From assembly GCA_050253335.1 (NCBI GenBank), contig JBFWJG010000051.1, positions 1-16,449 on the forward strand: a stretch of 16,449 bases of DNA, in the 5' to 3' direction. This DNA comes from Deferribacterales bacterium. GTDB taxonomy: Bacteria; Chrysiogenota; Deferribacteres; Deferribacterales; Geovibrionaceae. The translations under genes and the position numbers were made by a program. The notes below the pieces were generated by a model. The model was not told where the DNA came from, made no database searches, and saw only the letters and a program-made list of their open reading frames with translations. Below, one piece after another: positions 6,871 to 14,950 of the stretch. Numbering within the stretch: the first letter of the stretch is position 1; each line of letters starts with the position of its first letter.

Positions 6871-8121
6871 TTATTTCCCGCTGAAAAGATATTTCTCCAG
6901 CACTGTGAATATATCCATGGTGATCTGATCCGGCGTAAGGGTTTCCCTGATTGTTTTCAGCGGCTGACCCGTTACTATGTTCTTCGCATTGAGATCAAGG
7001 GGGAAGGGCTCTGTTTCATTTCCCTTTTCATCCATAATCACAAGTATCTTAGGCTTCGTGGAACTGCCTCTGGAAACTTCATAGACTATCCCTGTTTCTC
7101 CTGATTCGAGCCTGAGAATCGTCCCAACGGGATAAACCCCCAAAAGGCTCACGAAGAATTTAACAAGCGTCTCATTGAAATGTCTTCCCGACCAGCCGAA
7201 GATAAGCTTGATCGCCTGCACGGGAGAACGGCCTTTGCTGTATGGCCTGTCTGATGTGATTGTGTCGTATGTATCTGCTATGGAGACAATTTTTGCGTTT
7301 TTTGTAATCTGTCTCTCAAGAAGCCCTTCGGGATAGCCGGTTCCGTTTGCCCTTTCATGGTGCTGGAGCACGGCCTGCAGAACGGATTCGCTGAGCCCGC
7401 CGCACTGTTTCAGCATCTCAAAGCCTTTTTCAGAGTGGGTTTTGAGCACTTCAAACTCGTTGTCTGCTATTCTTGAAGAGTCTTTATATACATATTCGGG
7501 CAGGGTCAGCATACCTATGTCATGCAGAAGTCCCGCAAGGCCGAGATTCTCAAGCTCGTAAGTCGGAAGCCCGAGCCTTCTGCCGAGCGCGATGGACAGA
7601 ATGCTGACATTTATGGCGTGATTCACTTCACACTCCAATGTTTCCCTCACCAGAAGCATGTTCATGAAAACTTCGTTTTTGTAAAGGCATGTGCTGACAA
7701 ATTCGTCAGTGACCGAGCGGGCAGCGTCAATATCAGGCCCTGTGCCTGCCGCAACTTCATCAAAGATAGACTTTACCTGATTTTGCGCACGCTGACGGAT
7801 CTTCTTGGCGAAAATAAGGTTGTTGCCCGGGGAGAAAACCCCCGGACGCATGTTCTCATCATCTATCGGTTCGTCTTCACCCTTGCGGCAGGGGGGGCGA
7901 AGTGTGTTTCTGCGTGCCAGCCCCAGATTATCGAAAGAGAAAAGGGAGTCTTCGTCTTCAGGCTCAGCCAGATAGACCGACTCAACGCCCTGAGCCCTGA
8001 GTTCGTCAATGAAGTCAAGATTTGTAATAATCTGCCCGTAATAGGGGAAATGGACTCCCTGTTTGTCGAGCCTTGATATGGTCATTCCTTTCTGTACGTC
8101 CGATAAAGGAATTTTTTTCAC
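6871..8121 (-). CDS. HD-GYP domain cyclic-dinucleotide (c-di-GMP) phosphodiesterase with DUF3391-like N-terminus
   Basis: LLHDIG, HHERANGTGYP and IADTYDTITSDRPY motifs; N-terminal KKIPLSDVQKGMTI; C-terminal YPVGTILRL.SGE.GIV; GTG start with AGGTGG upstream. Confidence 0.9.
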   Translation of the reverse strand: MKKIPLSDVQKGMTISRLDKQGVHFPYYGQIITNLDFIDELRAQGVESVYLAEPEDEDSLFSFDNLGLARRNTLRPPCRKGEDEPIDDENMRPGVFSPGNNLIFAKKIRQRAQNQVKSIFDEVAAGTGPDIDAARSVTDEFVSTCLYKNEVFMNMLLVRETLECEVNHAINVSILSIALGRRLGLPTYELENLGLAGLLHDIGMLTLPEYVYKDSSRIADNEFEVLKTHSEKGFEMLKQCGGLSESVLQAVLQHHERANGTGYPEGLLERQITKNAKIVSIADTYDTITSDRPYSKGRSPVQAIKLIFGWSGRHFNETLVKFFVSLLGVYPVGTILRLESGETGIVYEVSRGSSTKPKILVIMDEKGNETEPFPLDLNAKNIVTGQPLKTIRETLTPDQITMDIFTVLEKYLFSGK

Positions 8122-8157
8122 TTAACCACCTATATGAGCATCTCCCTAGTGCACCGC

Positions 8158-8739
8158 TTATATAAGGCCGGATTTGATGGCGTAGTTAACCAAAGCGGTG
8201 GAGTTGGAAAGATTCAGCTTCTGAAGCATTTTGTTCCTGTGCGTATCGACTGTATTTTTACTTATTTGGAGATGCTTTGCAATCTCTTTGCTTGTTTTTC
8301 CGCCGGCAATATGCTTCAGGATCTCATATTCCCTTACTGTGAGAAGGAGTACGGACTTGGGCCACGGCTTCATTCTTTTTTTAGGCTTAACGCCTTTTAG
8401 CGCCTCGGTGAAACTGTGCACATCATTTTCAATATAAAGAAAATTAATTATTCCGTATCTCTTGAAGTAGTACTTCTGGAACGGGTTGCTTTTGGAGGTC
8501 AGAAGCATTATGGTCGCGGGGTGTCCGCCGTTGAGGAAGGGGCGTATGCACTCCTCGTCAAAGTTGCTTGAGAAGATGTCAAAAATAACAAAGTCAGGGA
8601 CGAAGCTTTTGCTGAGCTTTTCAAGCTCTTCTTTGCTGTCGTAGCGCATTGCGACGCACTTATTTCCCTGAATGCTTAATATTTCCTGAATCCACTCAAG
8701 ATGAATGGTGTTGTTGCTGATAACAAGATAATTCTTCAT
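8158..8739 (-). CDS. NarL/LuxR-type regulator with degenerate receiver domain
   Basis: C-terminal LTVREYEILKHIAGGKTSKEIAKHLQISKNTVDTHRNKMLQKL LuxR HTH; REC-like PDFVIFDI. Start moved to the ATG at 8739, which has GAGG upstream. Confidence 0.85.
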   Translation of the reverse strand: MKNYLVISNNTIHLEWIQEILSIQGNKCVAMRYDSKEELEKLSKSFVPDFVIFDIFSSNFDEECIRPFLNGGHPATIMLLTSKSNPFQKYYFKRYGIINFLYIENDVHSFTEALKGVKPKKRMKPWPKSVLLLTVREYEILKHIAGGKTSKEIAKHLQISKNTVDTHRNKMLQKLNLSNSTALVNYAIKSGLI

Positions 8740-8870
8740 TCTAACCTCAGTCCGGCCTTGCTTAGCGAATAATGGAAATATCACTATAAATAACGTTTAT
8801 CATGCGGGCGTGAAAATATCGTGAAGGAAAATCAGACTGAAGACGGATAAAAAAAGATTATGGACAACTG

Positions 8871-9557
8871 TCAGGAACTGACGCTGTAGCCGAGCCCTTT
8901 CGCGCTTTTTATCATTTCATTTCCGACCTTTTTACGGAGAGATTTTATATGGCTGCGAAGAGTTTCCTTTGACATATATTCGTTTCGCCATATTTCTGAC
9001 TCGAACTTTTCATAACGCACAATTCTTCCTCTGTTTTCGATAAGGATTTCCAGAATGCGGGATTCGATGTTCGTGAGAGGGATTTCTCCGCCGCCGGAGG
9101 AGATTATTTTCAGAGGGATGCTGTATGTGAGTCCGTTTTCAAAACATACAAGCTCAGGGTTTCTTTCCTCAAGCTCACGGACGCATTTGCTGAGAGCGCC
9201 GCGCAGATCCTCAAGCATAACAGGCTTGACCAGATATCTGCTTATATCCAGTTCTATCGCCTGAAGGGTGTACTGCTCATCGGTGTAGGCTGTGGTCATG
9301 AGAATACGCAGGCCTTTGTCAATCCCGCGTATTTTTTTGACAAGCTGAAGCCCGTCAATGAAAGGCATTTTTATATCGGCTATGAGGATATCCGGCTTTT
9401 TTTCGGTATAAATACAGAAGGCCTCATTGCCGTCAGAGGCGCAGTGAAGGGTTCCGCAAAGCTTTCTCAGTATCATTTCGTAGCTTTTGCGTATGCCCTC
9501 ATCATCCTCCGCATAGAGGACTGAATATTTTCTGAGCTTCTTTTCCAGTTCATTCAT
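8871..9557 (-). CDS. OmpR/PhoB-family response regulator (no kinase in window)
   Basis: VLYAEDD, DILIADIKMP, TTA and YLVKP receiver motifs; winged helix LT..E.RIL..L / IW / TLRSHIKSLRKK / KGLGY. Confidence 0.93.
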   Translation of the reverse strand: MNELEKKLRKYSVLYAEDDEGIRKSYEMILRKLCGTLHCASDGNEAFCIYTEKKPDILIADIKMPFIDGLQLVKKIRGIDKGLRILMTTAYTDEQYTLQAIELDISRYLVKPVMLEDLRGALSKCVRELEERNPELVCFENGLTYSIPLKIISSGGGEIPLTNIESRILEILIENRGRIVRYEKFESEIWRNEYMSKETLRSHIKSLRKKVGNEMIKSAKGLGYSVSS

Positions 9558-9565
9558 GCGGTTCA

Positions 9566-9750
9566 GCTTCTCCTTTTCTCATCAAACTGTACGTCCTGTC
9601 AGTTTGATGTACACGCTCGCGCCGTGTTGAACACGGCTTCGCTTCGCACGGCGCGGTTCCTTCCATGGAACCGTTTGAGACTCTTCGCATATGCTCAGAG
9701 TGACGCTTCTCCTTTTCCCATCAAACTGAACATCCTGTCAGTTTGATGTA
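9566..9750. repeat. Composite repeat cluster: 46-bp direct repeats (family C hairpin plus SD-like tail) flanking a 93-bp palindromic insert with a family B half
   Basis: 9566-9611 and 9705-9750 match at 43/46 positions. The insert has CGCGCCGTG/CACGGCGCG (9618-9655), CGGTTCC/GGAACCG (9654-9673) and GAGACTCTTCGCATATGCTCAGAGTGACGC (9677-9706). Confidence 0.9.
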
Positions 9751-11049
9751 ATCCGCCAGTATCTTGGCGTGGTCAAAGGCCAGATCTGCGGGCAGGGCAT
9801 CCAGAGGGAAGAACTCTGCTGTTTTAGCATCATCACCCGCCACTGGTTCGGCGTCAGATTCCGTGTAGTACACGGCGGAAGCAACGTGACCTCTTCTGTC
9901 CCTTGACGGATCGGAGTAAATGCCGAGGAGGGTTATGGATTCAGCCTTTATCCCTGTCTCCTCCATAAGCTCACGCACGGCAGCGTCCTCCACCTTTTCT
10001 CCGTATTCCACAAAGCCGCCGGGGATCGCCCAGCCTTTCGGCTCGTATTTTCTTTCCACAAGGAGAACGGAACTGCCTTTTCTTACTATAACATCCGCCG
10101 CCACCCGCGGAGTGTAGACAAATATTCTACCGTATTTGAACCTGAGCGACCTGTACACGCTTTCGCAGTAGGGCGCTCCCCTGCCTGCGGCTTCCAGACG
10201 GCTTATGACAGGCAGGAGTATTCCGTCTATCTCGGGCTGTCTGTTTTTCTGTATATCGATGAGCATACTTGTCTTGTAGTCATCCAGACTGTCCTTGTGG
10301 GCGATGAGCGGCATCCATTCCTCTTCGGGAATTTCCACTCCTTCCATCCGCGCTGCCTCAAGGGTTTCCCTGACCATTTTCACCATGAGGGCGAAAACTT
10401 CCGGATCTTTGGCCATTTTGCCGCAGGTGCTTTCCAGAAGTGCTGAAAGGGGGTTATAAGCAATATTCCAGATAAGCTTTTTCCAGAGGATATATTTCAT
10501 GCTTTCGGCGACATTGAACTGAAGAGCGGATTTCTCCAGTACTGCGGCGAAATCGGCCTCATTCTGTTTGCTCTCTTCGCTGAAGGCGCCGAATGTGATA
10601 TTGCCGAAGGCCGTGTGGTTCAGCACGCCCGGCGATTCTATCCACACGCCGATGTACAGGCTGGCGGCGAGAACACGCTCTTTGCCGAAATATTTTTCCA
10701 TAAGGGCAGGGTTCTCCACCCCGTTCTGAAAGGAAACTGCGTATCCGTCTTTTTTCAGGTGCTTCACCGCGCCGGCGCACACATTTTCAGTGTCCTGTGA
10801 TTTCACTGCGAAGATTATCACATCATACTCGCCAGAAAGCTCACCCGCCGCCCTGACAGGCACGGCCGAGTCTCCGTGTATTCTGCTTTTGAAAACAAGG
10901 GTTCCTGTTTCCTGCATGGCTTTCAGGTGTGCTCCCCTCGCGATAAGCTCGGTGTCAAAACCCGCCTTGGTGAAGAACGCGCCATAATAACATCCTATCG
11001 CTCCGGCTCCCACTATGGCTATACGTTTATTTGAAAGAGATTTGTCCAT
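9721..11049 (-). CDS. panE: 2-dehydropantoate 2-reductase (PanE/ApbA) fused to a C-terminal Nudix hydrolase
   Basis: GAGAIG Rossmann motif, AVKS, FQNG, WKKLIWN..YNPLSAL and TSMLID..PEIDGI. These are followed by a full Nudix box GFVEYGEKVEDAAVRELMEETGI and DPSRDRRGH. Overlaps clpC by 23 bp. Confidence 0.9.
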   Translation of the reverse strand: MDKSLSNKRIAIVGAGAIGCYYGAFFTKAGFDTELIARGAHLKAMQETGTLVFKSRIHGDSAVPVRAAGELSGEYDVIIFAVKSQDTENVCAGAVKHLKKDGYAVSFQNGVENPALMEKYFGKERVLAASLYIGVWIESPGVLNHTAFGNITFGAFSEESKQNEADFAAVLEKSALQFNVAESMKYILWKKLIWNIAYNPLSALLESTCGKMAKDPEVFALMVKMVRETLEAARMEGVEIPEEEWMPLIAHKDSLDDYKTSMLIDIQKNRQPEIDGILLPVISRLEAAGRGAPYCESVYRSLRFKYGRIFVYTPRVAADVIVRKGSSVLLVERKYEPKGWAIPGGFVEYGEKVEDAAVRELMEETGIKAESITLLGIYSDPSRDRRGHVASAVYYTESDAEPVAGDDAKTAEFFPLDALPADLAFDHAKILADYIKLTGCSV

Positions 11050-13435
11050 CCTTTAAAACCGCCTTTAAGTTCCTGCGTTTTTTGTATCTGCCGGAAATGA
11101 GTATATCCGACAGGTTGTCTTCGACATGGGTTTGGAGAAGCCTTTTTATGGGTCTTGCCCCGTAGTTGAAGTTATAGTCCTGCGCAAGGAGGAATTCCTT
11201 CACATCCTTATCAAGGGAAACCTGCTTTTCGTGTTTCTCAAGCCTCTGGTTTATCTCCTCAACCTGAAGATCGATAATTTTGAAAAGCTCTTCTTTGCCA
11301 AGGGGTTTAAACACTATGTGGCTGTCCACCCTGTTGAGGAATTCGGGCGAGAAGCGTTCACGGAGCTCCTTGAATGCGTTTGACTTGAACCTGTCATAGT
11401 CTATCTCGAAGCTCACTTTGTCGTCGGACGTGCTGAAACCCATCGCCCTAGAGTCCAGAGTAAGCTTGGTTCCTAAGTTTGAAGTCATTATGACTACAGT
11501 GTTTTTAAAATTTATCATGTGTCCGAGGCTGTCGTGGATGTGCCCTTCGTCCAGAACCTGAAGGAGTATGTTCATCACTTCCGGATGCGCCTTCTCTATC
11601 TCATCGAAAAGAACCACGGAATAGGGCTTTCTGCGCACCTGCTCTGTGAGCTTGCCCCCTTCCTCATAACCGACATACCCGGGGGGAGCGCCCACCAGTC
11701 TGGAAACGTTGAATTTTTCCATATACTCGCTCATATCAATGCGTATGAGAGCATTGGCTGAACCGAAAACTATCTCCGCGAGACGTTTTGCCACTTCTGT
11801 TTTCCCCACTCCCGTGGGTCCCAGAAAGATAAACGAGCCCAGAGGCCTGTCCGGATTGTTCAGCCCTGCGAAGCTGCGCTTTATGGAGCGGGAAAGGGCG
11901 TCCACAGCTTCGTCCTGACCTATCACAAACTTCTTGATATCCCTGCCCACATTGGCTATGCGCTCCATCTGATCTTCACGGAGCTTCTGAACGGGGATTC
12001 CGGTCATCATCGCAACAACTTCGGAAACATGATCCTTGTTCAGCGAAGGCCAGTTAGCATCAAGTTCCTGTGTCCATTCCCCGAGCAGACTGCGGAATTT
12101 TCCTCCGAGACGGTCAATGTCTTTTGTGGCTTTTTCCACTGAGTCAAAATCATTGTCGGCTATGAGCCTGTTGCGCTTGTCCATGGCGGCGTCAAGCTTC
12201 TGCTTAACCTCCTTGAGATTGTCAGGGAGAATGTTGACGCTGAGCTTGAGTTTTGAGCATGCCTCGTCTATCACGTCTATGCTTTTGTCGGGCTGGAATT
12301 TATCTGTAACATATCTGTCCGTGAGATAAACCGTTTCCTCCAGAACCTCGTCAGGGATATAAACCTTGTGAAAGTCTTCGTAATATTTCCTTATCCCGCC
12401 GAGGATTCCTATTGTTTCCTCCGTGTTGGGCGGGTTGACAAAGATTGTCTGAAAGCGTCTGTTCAGGGCTCCGTCCTTTTCAAAGTGCTTTCTGTATTCG
12501 GTGAGAGTGGTTGCGCCTATGCACTGGAAAGAGCCTCTGGCAAGGGCGGGCTTCAGCATGTTGGAAGCGTCTATGGAGCCTTCGGCGGCTCCCGCGCCGA
12601 CTATGGTGTGTATTTCGTCTATGAAGACAATGATATTTGTCGCCTGCTCAATCTCCTTGATCAGGTTCTTCATCCTTTCCTCGAACTGGCCTCTGTATTT
12701 GGTTCCTGCAACGAGGCTGCCGAGCTCAAGGGATATGAGGCGTTTGTTCTTGAGAAATTCGGGTATGCCGGAGGAAACCATTTCGCGGGCGAGACCTTCC
12801 ACTATGGCTGTTTTGCCCACGCCGGGTTCGCCGATTATCACGGCGTTGTTCTTTATCCTGCGGCAGAGGATCTGGATCAGCCTCTCTATCTCCCCGCTGC
12901 GGCCAATCACAGGGTCAAGCTTTCCTTCTTTGGCAAGCTCGGTGAGATCCCGTCCGAATTCGTCTATTGTCGGGGTGGAAACTGTGGCTCCCTGAACTTT
13001 TGTGCTGGAAAGAGCGCGTATCTCCTCCCTTATCGGGGCAAGCTCAAAGCCCAGTTTGGCGAGGAGCATGTAGGCCTTGCCTCTGCGTTCCCTGAGAAGA
13101 CCCAGAAGGATGTGCTCCGTGTTGATGTACTTGCTTTCGAGAAGCCGTGCTTCCTCCACGGCCGCCTCAAGGACTGTTTTTCCCATCGGGCTGAAGGGGA
13201 GGCTTCCTTTAATCATCAGGTTTCTGCCCTGAACGCTCATTTTCTTAATGTCGTTTATGAGCACGTTCGTGTCCAGCCCGCGCTTGTTGAAAATATCGGC
13301 GGCTACACCCGTTTTCTCCCTGAGGAGTCCCATGAGGATGTGTTCCGTATCTATTGATATCTGCAGGAGCTTCTCAGCGGCCTCTCTGGAATAGAGAATT
13401 ACCCGCCTTGCCCTGTCCGTGAAAAGATCAAACAT
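11027..13435 (-). CDS. clpC: ATP-dependent Clp protease ATP-binding subunit, ClpC type
   Basis: Clp_N repeats (TEHILxGLLRE twice), Walker A GEPGVGKT and GPTGVGKT, GTKYRGQFEER, GAPPGYVGYEEGG, short M-domain, ClpP-docking MGF loop; 802 aa. Confidence 0.93.
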   Translation of the reverse strand: MFDLFTDRARRVILYSREAAEKLLQISIDTEHILMGLLREKTGVAADIFNKRGLDTNVLINDIKKMSVQGRNLMIKGSLPFSPMGKTVLEAAVEEARLLESKYINTEHILLGLLRERRGKAYMLLAKLGFELAPIREEIRALSSTKVQGATVSTPTIDEFGRDLTELAKEGKLDPVIGRSGEIERLIQILCRRIKNNAVIIGEPGVGKTAIVEGLAREMVSSGIPEFLKNKRLISLELGSLVAGTKYRGQFEERMKNLIKEIEQATNIIVFIDEIHTIVGAGAAEGSIDASNMLKPALARGSFQCIGATTLTEYRKHFEKDGALNRRFQTIFVNPPNTEETIGILGGIRKYYEDFHKVYIPDEVLEETVYLTDRYVTDKFQPDKSIDVIDEACSKLKLSVNILPDNLKEVKQKLDAAMDKRNRLIADNDFDSVEKATKDIDRLGGKFRSLLGEWTQELDANWPSLNKDHVSEVVAMMTGIPVQKLREDQMERIANVGRDIKKFVIGQDEAVDALSRSIKRSFAGLNNPDRPLGSFIFLGPTGVGKTEVAKRLAEIVFGSANALIRIDMSEYMEKFNVSRLVGAPPGYVGYEEGGKLTEQVRRKPYSVVLFDEIEKAHPEVMNILLQVLDEGHIHDSLGHMINFKNTVVIMTSNLGTKLTLDSRAMGFSTSDDKVSFEIDYDRFKSNAFKELRERFSPEFLNRVDSHIVFKPLGKEELFKIIDLQVEEINQRLEKHEKQVSLDKDVKEFLLAQDYNFNYGARPIKRLLQTHVEDNLSDILISGRYKKRRNLKAVLKDGQISFK

Positions 13436-13471
13436 GCGTTTCTGCCCCCTTTATTTAAATGTATGTTTATA

Positions 13472-13501
13472 ATTATATGGTCTTTAAACACTTCTTTTCA
13501 A
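13472..13501 (-). promoter_or_regulatory. Candidate sigma70 promoter for clpC-panE/Nudix
   Basis: Minus strand TTGAAA-N18-TATAAT ending 36 nt upstream of the clpC ATG. Confidence 0.5.
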
Positions 13502-13543
13502 TACTAATATGCCCCGCCTGTTTTTCGGGAGCGAAAAAGTCCG

Positions 13544-13571
13544 TTGACAAATAAGCATGCGAAAGCATAAT
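13544..13571 (+). promoter_or_regulatory. Candidate sigma70 promoter for ACT-def
   Basis: TTGACA-N16-CATAAT ending 28 nt upstream of the ATG at 13600; divergent from the clpC promoter. Confidence 0.5.
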
Positions 13572-13599
13572 AAACCATTAGTAATAACGGGGTGCATAT

Positions 13600-14142
13600 A
13601 TGGGAAAGGCAAACCTTTTTTCACTCATGCTCGTTGCGGGGGACAGGCCCGGTATAGTAGCGGACGTAACCAAGGTTCTTCTTGAGAACAGTTTTAATAT
13701 CGAAGACTCAAGCTCCACTCTGCTTCAGGGCTTTTTCGCGGCCATATTCATTGTGAGCCATGAACAGCCTATGAGCGAATCCGAGGTCAGGGAACTCTTT
13801 GAGGGGCTCCTTGAGAAAAAAGGGGTTTCCGTGAAAGTTCAAAGCATGACGGAAACAGAGGAAGCTCCCGCAGGCGAGCACTATATAATATCCGTTTACG
13901 GTTCAGACAAGCCCGGGATAGTGCATAAGGTGGCTTCATTCCTTTCCGCGGAAGGGATAAACATAATAGACCTCCAGACCAAAGTGGCAGGAAAGGAAAA
14001 ATCCCCCATATATATTATGGTTCTGGAAGTTGTTCTGCCGGAATATTTTCCGGATAAGACATGGACTGATAAACTGAAGCAGATCTCAGCCGAGCTGGGC
14101 ACAGACATACATGTGAGACAGATTGAGACATATGAGTTGTAA
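13600..14142 (+). CDS. Tandem ACT-domain protein, GcvR-like
   Basis: Two ACT motifs AGDRPGIV..NIEDS and GSDKPGIV..NIIDL; 180 aa. Confidence 0.88.
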   Translation: MGKANLFSLMLVAGDRPGIVADVTKVLLENSFNIEDSSSTLLQGFFAAIFIVSHEQPMSESEVRELFEGLLEKKGVSVKVQSMTETEEAPAGEHYIISVYGSDKPGIVHKVASFLSAEGINIIDLQTKVAGKEKSPIYIMVLEVVLPEYFPDKTWTDKLKQISAELGTDIHVRQIETYEL

Positions 14143-14145
14143 TAT

Positions 14146-14649
14146 ATGGCAGTAAGGGAAGTTCTGGTTTACCCCGATCCGGTTCTGAAAGAGATTTCAG
14201 AGGACGTGACGGAGCTGAACGATAAAATAAAGCAGGTCATTGAGGATCTGAAAGACACAATGGATTCATCATCCCACTCCGTTGGGATAGCCGCACCGCA
14301 GATAGGCGAGCTCTACAGGATCATAGCAATCGATCCGGGCAAAAACCCCAAGTGCGAGCTGAGCCACGGCAGACAGATAATGATCAACCCCGTGATACTG
14401 AAATGGGAGGGCATTACCCCTTTCAGGGAAGGGTGCATGAGCGTGCCGGATTACACAGGGAACGTCAACAGGGCTAGGAAAATACTTGTTCAGTATCTGG
14501 ACGAGAATATGCAGGAGAAAGTCATCGAAACCGAAGGCTTCGAGGCGATCCTCATTCAGCACGAATCAGACCACCTCGACGGCGTCCTGTTTATCGACCG
14601 CGTCATCTCCCGCAGAACGGATCTGTTCCGCAGGAAGAAATATAAGTAA
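14146..14649 (+). CDS. def: Peptide deformylase
   Basis: Three PDF motifs GIAAPQIG, EGCMS and QHESDHLDG. Confidence 0.96.
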   Translation: MAVREVLVYPDPVLKEISEDVTELNDKIKQVIEDLKDTMDSSSHSVGIAAPQIGELYRIIAIDPGKNPKCELSHGRQIMINPVILKWEGITPFREGCMSVPDYTGNVNRARKILVQYLDENMQEKVIETEGFEAILIQHESDHLDGVLFIDRVISRRTDLFRRKKYK

Positions 14650-14665
14650 ACGCAAATAGTTTATG

Positions 14666-14950
14666 CTGCGGTCATTCTGAACGTCAGTGAAGAATCTCTT
14701 GTCGGACATAATATTGAGACTCTTCGCTTTGCTCAGAGTGACGCTGAGCATAGAGAAAGCCTTGACTGCGGCGCGAGCGTGTATTCAGAATTTCCATGGA
14801 CGGCAGATTTTGAATTATAAAGAAAAGACACTGCCTGCGGTCATTCTGAACGTCAGTGAAGAATCTCTTGTCGGATATAATATTGAGACTCTTCGCTTTG
14901 CTCAGAGTGACGCTGAGCATAGAGAAAACCTTGACTGCGGCGCGAGCGTG
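14666..14950. repeat. Two 116-bp direct repeats (period 169 bp), each a family B inverted doublet plus a GCGGCGCGAGCGTG tail
   Basis: 14666-14781 and 14835-14950 differ at only 2 positions. Each has GTCATTCTGAACGTCAGTGAAGAATCTC-17 nt-GAGACTCTTCGCTTTGCTCAGAGTGAC. Confidence 0.95.

Noticed and set aside
12036..13357. Plus-strand ORFs (329, 164, 97 aa) opposite clpC
   Set aside because: Antisense shadows of a highly conserved gene; no independent domain or RBS support.
13436..13599. CtsR or HrcA (CIRCE) operator upstream of clpC
   Set aside because: No GTCAAA heptad direct repeat and no TTAGCACTC-N9-GAGTGCTAA is visible.
14666..14950. CRISPR array or IS ends
   Set aside because: The units are 116 bp and direct, with no transposase and no clear target duplication; they fit REP doublets better.
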